Part shown: positions 1 to 7,417 of the stretch, piece by piece
Layout: each line of letters begins with the position of its first letter
Numbering within the stretch: the stretch's first letter is position 1
Origin: a virus
Lineage: Duplodnaviria; Heunggongvirae; Uroviricota; Caudoviricetes
Length of the DNA: 10,672 nt
Strand: one strand, 5' to 3'
Virus record (IMG/VR): IMGVR_UViG_2648501787_000005
Translations under genes and position numbers: made by a program
The notes under the pieces: generated by a model
The model's database searches: none
Told to the model about the DNA's origin: nothing
The model's input: only the letters and a program-made list of their open reading frames with translations

Positions 1-1069
1 GCGTCTGCCCGTTCCATACCGGCATACAGCGCATCGCCGAGCAGAAATCACTGAGCACATCCCACGCCTTACGCTGTGTGGTCAGGTACGCATTACAGGT
101 AATGCGCGGCTCCGTGCCGCCAAAGCCGTCCGGCACCGACTGGTCGCAGTACTGGCCGATGACATACAGCGCCCATTTATCCACATCCGCCGCACCAAGA
201 CGTTTCCCCATGCCGTAGCGCGGGTGGGTCAGCATATCCCACAGACACCAGGCCGGGTTGTTGCTGTATGCCGGTTTTAACGTTCCGTCCCAGATACCGC
301 TGTATTGCCGCGTCTGCGGGTTATAGTTCGACGGCACCTGCAGAATACGCCCGCGAAGATGATAATTACGGCTCACCTGCTGGCTGCCGAACTGCTCCGA
401 ATCCACCTTTACGCCGACCAGTGCCGTGTTCGGGTAGCCCTGTTTCACATCGATGATTTCGGTGTATGACGACCAGAGCGTTTTGTTCTGCAGCTGGTCT
501 GTGGTGCTGTCCGGCGTCATTCTGCGCATCCGGATATTAAACGGGCGCGGCGGCAGGTTATCCACCACCACCGAGGCCAGATACTGCGAGGTGGTTTTGC
601 CCTTAATGGTGATGTCTTTTTCCGTCACCCAGCCACCATTACGCTGTATCTGAACCAGCAGGCGAACTTCCGACGGATTCCGGTCCCCCTTTGAGGTGGT
701 TTCCACCAGTGCCTGCACACCGAAGGTAAAGCGCAGTCGGTCGATGTTTGCCGACGTGATGGCGCGGGTGATCGGCGTGTCATATTTCACTTCTGTACCG
801 AGCACCGTCTCGGAGCCGGAGGATTCAAATCCCTCCGGCGGTGTCTGCTCCTGCTCACCGGCCCGGAACACCACCGTGACGCCGGATATATTGGTATTCC
901 CCTCACTGTCCAGCACCGGCGTACTGTTCAGCAGCACGCTTTTTAATCCATCCACCGGACCTTCAACCGGCCCTTCGCTGATGGCATCGATCACACTCAG
1001 CAGCTGCGTGGACTTCAGGTTGTCCTTCGCTTCGCGCGGGGTATGCCCCTTACTGCTGCCTTTACCCAT
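1..1069 (-). CDS. J: Tail tip / host specificity protein J, N-terminal 356 codons; C-terminus lies beyond the window start
   Basis: Minus-strand ATG at 1069..1067 preceded by GGAGCGTGAGGA; translation MGKGSSKGHTPREAKDNLKSTQLLSVIDAISEGP... matches my recollection of the lambda gpJ N-terminus almost residue for residue. Frame is open to position 1. Absent from the ORF track only because it runs off the window. Confidence 0.88.
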   Translation of the reverse strand, partial: MGKGSSKGHTPREAKDNLKSTQLLSVIDAISEGPVEGPVDGLKSVLLNSTPVLDSEGNTNISGVTVVFRAGEQEQTPPEGFESSGSETVLGTEVKYDTPITRAITSANIDRLRFTFGVQALVETTSKGDRNPSEVRLLVQIQRNGGWVTEKDITIKGKTTSQYLASVVVDNLPPRPFNIRMRRMTPDSTTDQLQNKTLWSSYTEIIDVKQGYPNTALVGVKVDSEQFGSQQVSRNYHLRGRILQVPSNYNPQTRQYSGIWDGTLKPAYSNNPAWCLWDMLTHPRYGMGKRLGAADVDKWALYVIGQYCDQSVPDGFGGTEPRITCNAYLTTQRKAWDVLSDFCSAMRCMPVWNGQT

Positions 1070-1084
1070 TCCTCACGCTCCATA

Positions 1085-1113
1085 AACGATAAAACCGCCC
1101 GGAGGCGGTTTCA
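1085..1113 (-). terminator. Intergenic stem-loop with U-rich tail between I and J (possible weak intrinsic terminator or RNA processing/stability element)
   Basis: Minus strand reads AAACCGCC-TCCG-GGCGGTTT followed by TATCGTTTAT, lying in the 60-nt I-J gap just upstream of the J RBS. Confidence 0.3.
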
Positions 1114-1129
1114 CATAAAACATTTTGCA

Positions 1130-1777
1130 TCAGCGACCAATCACCACAACCTGACCACCATCCCCTTCGTCTGCCGTGCTGATCTCCTGAGAAACCACAC
1201 GTGACCCCACGCGCATTTCACCGTACAGAACAGGCAGAACATTGCCCTGGGCAACCATGTTATCCAGTGAGGAGAAATAGGTGTTCTGTTTGCCGTTATC
1301 TGTACTGGCTGCCGTGGGCGTCCTGGCTTTCGGTGCCAGCATCTGCGCCACTCCGCCCAGGATCATACTGGCCCCTGCCGCATACATGCCCGATACAGCC
1401 GCGGCCCCCAGCCAGCCCACAGGGTTCCACCATGCCACCGCAATCAGCGCCGCCCCAAGCACCACCTGAAACACACCGCCACTTTTAGCTCCCGCCAGAC
1501 GCGGCACGATGTGGATCACGGCACCATTTGCCAGCGGCTCATTAAGACGGGCAGATAATTCATTTTCGCCTGCATCACGCCCGGCAATGCGCACCTGATA
1601 CCAGCCCTCATTCAGTTTCTGACGAAACACCGGGAGCTGTGTGGCCAGTGCCCGGATGGCTTCAGCCCCCGTTTTCACACGAAGGTCGATACGGCGACCA
1701 AATCGTTGCAAATCCCCGTAAAGGCAGATGCGTGCCATGCCCGGTGACGCCAGAGGGAGTGTGTGCGTCGCTGCCAT
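1130..1777 (-). CDS. I: Tail tip assembly protein I
   Basis: 215-aa ORF; ATG at 1777 with GAGAGAGG upstream; N-terminus MAATHTLPLASPGMARICLYGDLQRFGRRIDLRVKTGAEAIRALATQLP and C-terminus NGKQNTYFSSLDNMVAQGNVLPVLYGEMRVGSRVVSQEISTADEGDGGQVVVIGR match lambda gpI as I recall it; the central segment is divergent. Confidence 0.88.
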   Translation of the reverse strand: MAATHTLPLASPGMARICLYGDLQRFGRRIDLRVKTGAEAIRALATQLPVFRQKLNEGWYQVRIAGRDAGENELSARLNEPLANGAVIHIVPRLAGAKSGGVFQVVLGAALIAVAWWNPVGWLGAAAVSGMYAAGASMILGGVAQMLAPKARTPTAASTDNGKQNTYFSSLDNMVAQGNVLPVLYGEMRVGSRVVSQEISTADEGDGGQVVVIGR

Positions 1778-2418
1778 TTGTCGGTGTACCTCTCTCGTTT
1801 ACTCAGTTGTTCAGGAATATGGTGCAGCAGCTCGCCGTCGCCACAGTAAATGGCGGCATGATTCGGCACCGATGAACCAAAACAGCACAGCAGCACATCG
1901 CCCGGCTGGGCCGCTGACAACGGCACCTGATACAACCCCGTTGCCTCCATATTATCCAGATAGAGATTCTGGCCGTGACGCCACCAGTCATCCCCGCGAT
2001 GAAAATCCGGCATCTCAATTCCCGCCAGATGGTAAGCGTCCCGGAACAGCGTGTAACAGTCCGTCACCCCGTGCTCAAAGCGCCGCCCGGTGAGATGCGG
2101 CACACAGCGGAACTTATGAATCGCCCCCCGGCAGACCAGCCACCACGGCAAATCACTCTGCACCTGCAGCCGCCGGTCGGCCTCACTCAGCCAGGGCAGA
2201 CCACCGGGGTGGCTGTGGACCAGCGCCACAATCTCTCCCTGCATTTCTGCACTCAGCCAGTCCTCCGGCGACATCCGGAAATACTCCTCCGGCTCACCAG
2301 AGATATTCACGCAGGGAAAATATCTTTCCCCTTCCGGCGTTCTCACCACGAAGCCGCACGACTCCGCTGGCGCACATCGCCGGGCGTGCGCCAGAATCGC
2401 TGATTCTGTCTCTGTCAT
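1675..2418 (-). CDS. K: Tail tip assembly protein K (N-terminal JAMM/MPN-like domain plus C-terminal NlpC/P60-like domain)
   Basis: 247-aa ORF; ATG at 2418, 5 nt after the L stop; HSHPGG(x6)SxxD metalloprotease-like motif encoded at about 2179..2217; Cys (VTDCYTL) and His (PNHAAIY, ELLHHI) in NlpC/P60-like spacing. An alternative internal start at Met49 (2274) would give 199 aa. Confidence 0.85.
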   Translation of the reverse strand: MTETESAILAHARRCAPAESCGFVVRTPEGERYFPCVNISGEPEEYFRMSPEDWLSAEMQGEIVALVHSHPGGLPWLSEADRRLQVQSDLPWWLVCRGAIHKFRCVPHLTGRRFEHGVTDCYTLFRDAYHLAGIEMPDFHRGDDWWRHGQNLYLDNMEATGLYQVPLSAAQPGDVLLCCFGSSVPNHAAIYCGDGELLHHIPEQLSKRERYTDKWQRRTHSLWRHRAWHASAFTGICNDLVAVSTFV

Positions 2419-2423
2419 GGGAT

Positions 2424-3122
2424 TTACTGCGAAAGTTTGTTAATGGAAAGGTAGCCGCCAAAATTGCCGACGTTATTGCGGAACTTGCAACCACTCAGGC
2501 ATTTGCTGCACTTATCCTTCGTGATATCGGACGTTGGCTGGTCATATTCATCCGCGACAGCCGGGCCATCATAACCGCACTCATCGCCGCGGTAGATCCA
2601 GGTGCAGGTGTTGGCCAGCATGATGCGCCCCGGAAAAACGGCACCATCCGTTTCCGTCGGTGTGGACAACACAAAGGAGGCACTGACCGCGCTCAGTTCG
2701 CTGCACTGCTCGATGCGCCAGCGGCTGATCACCTCCTGCTCCGGATCGGCGTCACTGTTTCCGTTGACGAAGTTCACCGCATCCAGAAAACGGGCGTAAA
2801 CCTTACGCCTGACCACCGTTCCGCCGACCAGACTCTGCAGGTCTTCCGCCATCCCGGTGACCATGCCGTGCAGGTTAGAGACTTTCAGCGTTGGTCTTGC
2901 ACTGGCTCCTTTGCCGTTCATCTCAAAGCCGCTTCCCTGAATAGGGTACGCCTGATACTGTCGCCCCTGCCAGGTGACCGACTCACCTTTTTCGTTCTGC
3001 TCATTACAGAAAAAATAACGTTCTCCGCCGACCTCTGTCAGATCGACTTCCCAGAGCACGATCAGCGCGGATTGCTCCGTTTTAGTGCACTCATTGAGTG
3101 TTTCCTGCTGTATATCCTGCAT
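2424..3122 (-). CDS. L: Tail tip protein L
   Basis: 232-aa ORF; ATG at 3122 overlaps the M stop (TGATG); sequence MQDIQQETLNEC...FFCNEQNEKGE...VYARFLDAVNFVNGNS... closely matches lambda gpL as recalled; C-terminal cysteines C173, C182, C205, C208, C212. Confidence 0.9.
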   Translation of the reverse strand: MQDIQQETLNECTKTEQSALIVLWEVDLTEVGGERYFFCNEQNEKGESVTWQGRQYQAYPIQGSGFEMNGKGASARPTLKVSNLHGMVTGMAEDLQSLVGGTVVRRKVYARFLDAVNFVNGNSDADPEQEVISRWRIEQCSELSAVSASFVLSTPTETDGAVFPGRIMLANTCTWIYRGDECGYDGPAVADEYDQPTSDITKDKCSKCLSGCKFRNNVGNFGGYLSINKLSQ

Positions 3123-3463
3123 CAGTGAGTGACCTCTTCAAAGGTACAGTTAAAATCGGTATACATGGCATTATCCGAAATGCTCCACTCCCTGCAGACA
3201 ACCCGGACAGTCCTGTTGTGTTTTGGCGGACGCCACAAAAAAGCACGAATCCCGGCATGACGGGATAAAAAACTGTCCAGCGCGGCACGGGAATATTCAT
3301 CTGTGACACGAAATACCGGTTTAAACGTTTTCAGATCCGCATTCAGACCACCAGCCCGTCGCTGTTCATATCCGTCACCAAACTTTACCGTAATAACTGA
3401 TGGCTTTCGTGTCGTCTCCATCCCCTCACGGGGGATCCAGTTAAAAACTTCAGGCTCAGGCAC
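3122..3463 (-). CDS. M: Minor tail protein M
   Basis: Lambda gpM-like sequence (...VKFGDGYEQRRAGGLNADLK...FLWRPP...). I place the start at GTG 3463..3461 because a GGAGGA sits 7 nt upstream and it overlaps the tape measure stop by 8 nt (GTGCCTGA). The ORF-track start (TTG at 3508) and the ATG at 3478 lack comparable RBS support. Confidence 0.8.
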   Translation of the reverse strand: MPEPEVFNWIPREGMETTRKPSVITVKFGDGYEQRRAGGLNADLKTFKPVFRVTDEYSRAALDSFLSRHAGIRAFLWRPPKHNRTVRVVCREWSISDNAMYTDFNCTFEEVTH

Positions 3464-6400
3464 TGTACAATCCTCCATCCCGACGCGATGACTGCATAAT
3501 TGACACAACCCTGCTGTCGATCAGATCCACCAATCCCCTGGCTGAGCGCGCATCTATCTCGCCATTGCTCCCTTGATTCTGAATGCTGATGTGATACACG
3601 GGAGAATAAACAACCCCCCCGCCACTATTCACATTGCCAATGGCTCTGACCCCAAGAGAGCCGTCCGCTGCCCGTGTCAGTGGCATGATAGCTTCAGGCC
3701 CGGCCTCGCCCATCAGCCCGGCACCTTTCGCAAAAGCAAAATACGTCGGTGTATCCACAATAGTGTTACTGTAAGCACTCAGATTTGCCGATGTGTAAAC
3801 ACCACCTTTTGCGTTTGCCACCGCCCCCGAAATCCATCCGCCGACCGTACCAAGCCACCCTCCGGCACCGGAGAGTGACTTCAGTCCGTTAACAATGGCC
3901 GCATTCATCAGAATTTTTGAAACTTCCCGGAGAACTGAACTCCCCCAGTTTCTCCAGTCCACAACATTTCCGGCCAGTGCATCGGAAATATTTGATACCA
4001 GTCCGTCCATAGTGGAAACGACAGCATCTGCCGCCTGCGAAGCATAATCGGTGGCACTGTCTGCCCAGTTGGTCAGCCCCTCCTGGAGTCCTGCATTCCA
4101 GTTATTACGTAAAGCATCGGCCTTTGCATAATAATCCTGCTGATCGCTGAGACGCTCTTCCAGATATTTTTTATTCAGTTCTTTCTCCTGTTTCCACAGG
4201 GCTTCTTCAATTTCTCCGGCCTGATACTGTCTCAGAAGCTCGTTATTTTTCTGCTCAAACTCATGCCGGATACTCCACATTTCCTGGAGTCGTTCACGCA
4301 TCCGTGAGCCTTCACCATATCCCAGTAACTGCGCGTCGTCAGATGCCCGGGCACTGGCATTACTGTCCGCCAGGCTGCTTTCATACGCAGCAAGCTGCTC
4401 ACGAATCTTTTTCTGGTCGATGAGTGCTGCATTCTGCAAAAGCATTTTTTTCTGCGCTTCTGACAGGGTTGATAATTCGCCCTGACTGACCTGATATTTC
4501 ATCTTAGCCAGTTCAGTATTCTGCCCTGCCAGTGCTATTTGTTCTTTTTGCTGTTTAATCAGCCGTTTATAAATATCTTCTGTTTTTTCCGCTTCGGTCT
4601 TTTTATGCGCTTTGGGTTTATTTGCCTGGTTATTTCGCCAGGCATCCAGTGAGTTATTGATATAATTCTGTCTGGCTGTCTGATACGCCTCTCCCACAAA
4701 GCCGAGATCATCCGCAGCATAACCCAGGCGGGCACGCTCACGGGCTTCCCCCTTCAGGCGGGACAGAGCCAGTTCGCGCTCGCTGTTATTCAGTGCGGTC
4801 TGCTGTTTATCATCCAGGGTTGCCTGTGGCAGCCGTAACGGTACATTCACCAGCCCCTGTCGCTGCTGAAGTAATTCATTACCGAGCCCGAGAAGGCGAT
4901 TAAACTCGGTATGCTGCCCATTCATGATCAACAGGGACTGATACGCTTTGTTTTGTTCCGCTGCCTGTTGACGGATCAACGCCACCCGTCGCTCCTCCAG
5001 CCCGGCAAGCACATCCTGAATTGATTGCGCTTTGCCCTGCATTTGTGTGAGGCGGGACTGTTCAACTGCCAGTTGATTTGTTGCTTCTGCAAGCCCTTCT
5101 GTGACAGTTTTTACCGACGTCATGTGGTTAATCATAAAACCGTTATCGGTTGTCCAGCCCGGGTTTGCCAGCACATACTGATAGCCAGCAATTTTTTCCT
5201 GTAAGGATTTAATCTTACTTTTCTGCTCGTCAATTAACCTGTTTTGCTCATCAAGTGCCTGCCGCGTCTTTTCCTCATTATCTGACGCTTCAGGAAGCGA
5301 CATTGCCGACGTTTTCTGGCGAATTTCGTCGATTGTTGCGGCATACTGGCGTGCAGATTCTCTGGCCTGCTCCTGATTCTGATACATCGTGTACCAGGCC
5401 GTCGCCCCCAGCATGACGAGTCCCGGCACACCACCAACCAACCCCAGCGCACCACTTAACAGACGACTCCCCACTGACGTGACAGTATTCAGCGTTGTCT
5501 GCGCCGCTGTTCTGGCCGCAATATTACGGGTAAGTGACGCCTGGGCAGCTGTCAGCTTCGCTTCTGCTGCGGCCTGCCTTTCGGTACCGCGAGCAGCAAC
5601 AACCGCCTGTTGCGCACGATAAACCGCCGCACGCGCCCTGGCGGTTGCTATCTGTGTCCCCCGAAGTTGCGCTTCAGCAAGAGCCACTTCGTTTCTGGCT
5701 GCAGTAATTAATCCGGCAGTTGCAGATCCAGCAGACGACGCCATATTGCCAAAATATCGGGCTACCCCGACGGCAACCAGTGCGCCAGCTGCAGCAGCCA
5801 CGGTATCAATATTGTCTGCAACACCATTCAACACCCCGGTGAGTGTCTTTGTCACTCCGCTTGCCTCGTTCGCACCACCAACCCAGGCCATAAAGGCGTT
5901 TTCAACTTTGGTTGCAGAGGATGAAACAGTATCAGGCATTGCTGCATATTCATCACGCAACGCCCCAAGCTGACTAATCAGTGCAGGAACAACCTTATCG
6001 GCGGTCAGTTTTCCGTTATCCGCCATGGCCTTCAGATCCTTACGGGCAACACCCATTCCCGCAGCCAGCGCACGAATAACACGATCGCCGTTCTCATTCA
6101 CCGAGTTAAATTCTTCACCACGCAGCACTCCCTGCGCCAGTGCCTGACTGAACTGCGTGATCACCGAACTGGCTTCTGCTGTACTGGCACCGGATAATTT
6201 CAGGCCCGTGGAGATCGCCTCGGTGACTTTCAGTACCTCCTCAGAACTGTAGCCATACTCCCGCATGGAAGCTGCAGAACGGGCAAAAAGGCTGGCGTTA
6301 TCAGAAAACGCCGTCCCCGTTCTCTGGCTGATCGCCATTAATTCACGCTGTGATGCCTGAAAATCATCACTGGACTGTGAGGCCTGCTTCAGACGGGCAT

Positions 6401-6689
6401 TTACTGAATTCCACTCATCGGCGAGAGAAATAAGATGACCGGTAGCAAAAGCCCCGGCAAATGCCCCCGCCATATTCAGTGCCGAAGATTTAGCTGTATT
6501 TATCTGATCCGTCACTTCTGCCAGTGCACGCCGCATTTCACGGGATGCAGCAGCGGACTGCCGGCCTCCGTTCTGCATGGTACGGTAGTAATCCTGCCCC
6601 ATACGCGAAGCCCGGGAGATCTCTGACTGGAATGACCGGGAATTTGCCGAGATTTTAATAATCAGTTCACGTAATGTCGCCACACTCAT
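3456..6689 (-). CDS. Tail tape measure protein (1077 aa)
   Basis: Largest ORF, positioned between the G/GT chaperone genes and M; Ala/Gln-rich coiled-coil repeats, central hydrophobic Gly/Ala-rich segments, C-terminus ...SRRDGGLYSA resembling the lambda gpH C-terminus; ATG at 6689 with GGAGA upstream. Otherwise not lambda gpH-like. Confidence 0.9.
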   Translation of the reverse strand: MSVATLRELIIKISANSRSFQSEISRASRMGQDYYRTMQNGGRQSAAASREMRRALAEVTDQINTAKSSALNMAGAFAGAFATGHLISLADEWNSVNARLKQASQSSDDFQASQRELMAISQRTGTAFSDNASLFARSAASMREYGYSSEEVLKVTEAISTGLKLSGASTAEASSVITQFSQALAQGVLRGEEFNSVNENGDRVIRALAAGMGVARKDLKAMADNGKLTADKVVPALISQLGALRDEYAAMPDTVSSSATKVENAFMAWVGGANEASGVTKTLTGVLNGVADNIDTVAAAAGALVAVGVARYFGNMASSAGSATAGLITAARNEVALAEAQLRGTQIATARARAAVYRAQQAVVAARGTERQAAAEAKLTAAQASLTRNIAARTAAQTTLNTVTSVGSRLLSGALGLVGGVPGLVMLGATAWYTMYQNQEQARESARQYAATIDEIRQKTSAMSLPEASDNEEKTRQALDEQNRLIDEQKSKIKSLQEKIAGYQYVLANPGWTTDNGFMINHMTSVKTVTEGLAEATNQLAVEQSRLTQMQGKAQSIQDVLAGLEERRVALIRQQAAEQNKAYQSLLIMNGQHTEFNRLLGLGNELLQQRQGLVNVPLRLPQATLDDKQQTALNNSERELALSRLKGEARERARLGYAADDLGFVGEAYQTARQNYINNSLDAWRNNQANKPKAHKKTEAEKTEDIYKRLIKQQKEQIALAGQNTELAKMKYQVSQGELSTLSEAQKKMLLQNAALIDQKKIREQLAAYESSLADSNASARASDDAQLLGYGEGSRMRERLQEMWSIRHEFEQKNNELLRQYQAGEIEEALWKQEKELNKKYLEERLSDQQDYYAKADALRNNWNAGLQEGLTNWADSATDYASQAADAVVSTMDGLVSNISDALAGNVVDWRNWGSSVLREVSKILMNAAIVNGLKSLSGAGGWLGTVGGWISGAVANAKGGVYTSANLSAYSNTIVDTPTYFAFAKGAGLMGEAGPEAIMPLTRAADGSLGVRAIGNVNSGGGVVYSPVYHISIQNQGSNGEIDARSARGLVDLIDSRVVSIMQSSRRDGGLYSA

Positions 6690-6698
6690 TCTCCGGAC

Positions 6699-6722
6699 GA
6701 AAAAAAACCGCCGAAGCGGTTA
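6699..6722 (-). terminator. Predicted intrinsic terminator between the T-domain ORF and the tape measure gene
   Basis: Minus strand AACCGC-TTCG-GCGGTT (GC stem, UUCG loop) followed directly by a run of 8 T, lying in the 40-nt gap between the T stop (6730) and the tape measure ATG (6689). Confidence 0.5.
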
Positions 6723-6729
6723 TGTTGAC

Positions 6730-7041
6730 TCACTGAGACACTATTAAAAGCGCGTTTTCCAGTCCGGCAAATGGATCTGAGGCGCCTTCTGTCTGCTCTT
6801 GTTCCCACTGAAGAAGAGCATCATTCAGTGGTACTTTGACCCCCTGCGCACCGTAAACCGCTGAAACAATCTGGGCAGCCCGGATATCAGCCCGTTCGTC
6901 CCCCAGCGGGCTGAACCTGTCAAATTCTGCCCACATCATGATTTCTGATGCGGACATTTCCCGGCGTAACTCTGACAATGTGCGCCCCATCCTGAGCGCC
7001 AGCATCATCAGAAAACGCATCCCCGGAAGCGCTACTTTTTT
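6730..7041 (-). CDS. T: T-domain of tail assembly chaperone, made as a G-T fusion by -1 frameshift (C-terminal extension, not an independent gene)
   Basis: ORF 6730..7020 lies exactly in the -1 frame relative to G; the -1 frame is open from the slippery heptamer (7041) through 6730; conserved G/GT arrangement between major tail and tape measure genes. Confidence 0.7.
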   Translation of the reverse strand, partial: KKVALPGMRFLMMLALRMGRTLSELRREMSASEIMMWAEFDRFSPLGDERADIRAAQIVSAVYGAQGVKVPLNDALLQWEQEQTEGASDPFAGLENALLIVSQ

Positions 7042-7403
7042 TTAACCTCGCCGGCATCACTGATCAGTTCCAGAGACTGCCGAAGAAGCCGCGCATGCAC
7101 CGGGCCATACACGGCAATCACCTGTTCACGATCATCCTCTGAAAATACGGGTTGCAGTCCGGTATCACACAGAACATCAATGAACAGTTCAACATCTGCC
7201 TCCAGATTTCGGCGGGCGCGCTCCGCAACGGATAACGGTGTCTCATCATCTTTTGCTTTAACGATCTCCTGCCAGCGCAACCAGGCTTCTGCAGAAGGTT
7301 CCCGTAACACAACCGTTGCTCCCTCCCATTCAGGCACATCAACGGTTTTATGGCGAAACCCCGACATCGTTGCCAGTGCCAGATTACGGATATTTTTAGT
7401 CAT
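7032..7403 (-). CDS. G: Tail assembly chaperone G
   Basis: ORF between major tail and tape measure genes, ending at the slippery site. Start chosen at ATG 7403 (GAGGA 8 nt upstream); the ATG at 7418 overlapping the major tail stop (TAATG) is an alternative. Confidence 0.75.
   Translation of the reverse strand: MTKNIRNLALATMSGFRHKTVDVPEWEGATVVLREPSAEAWLRWQEIVKAKDDETPLSVAERARRNLEADVELFIDVLCDTGLQPVFSEDDREQVIAVYGPVHARLLRQSLELISDAGEVKKK
7035..7041 (-). other. -1 programmed ribosomal frameshift slippery heptamer A_AAA_AAG
   Basis: Minus strand reads GTT AAA AAA AAG TAG in the G frame; heptamer A AAA AAG fits X_XXY_YYZ and is immediately followed by the 0-frame stop at 7034..7032. Confidence 0.7.
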
Positions 7404-7417
7404 CACATCCATCCTCA

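Noticed and set aside
1-1069. Predicting the host receptor from J
   Set aside because: Receptor specificity lies in the C-terminal part of J, which is outside the window. The conserved N-terminal portion seen here gives no information on receptor.
3348-3355. Chi octamer (GCTGGTGG on the minus strand)
   Set aside because: A single 8-mer in 10.7 kb is within chance expectation (about 0.3 expected), so no regulatory significance can be claimed.
3464-3508. Upstream extension of the M ORF (TTG 3508 or ATG 3478)
   Set aside because: Both lie inside the tape measure 3' end without an RBS. The ATG at 3478 is itself part of the GGAGGA Shine-Dalgarno that serves the GTG start at 3463.
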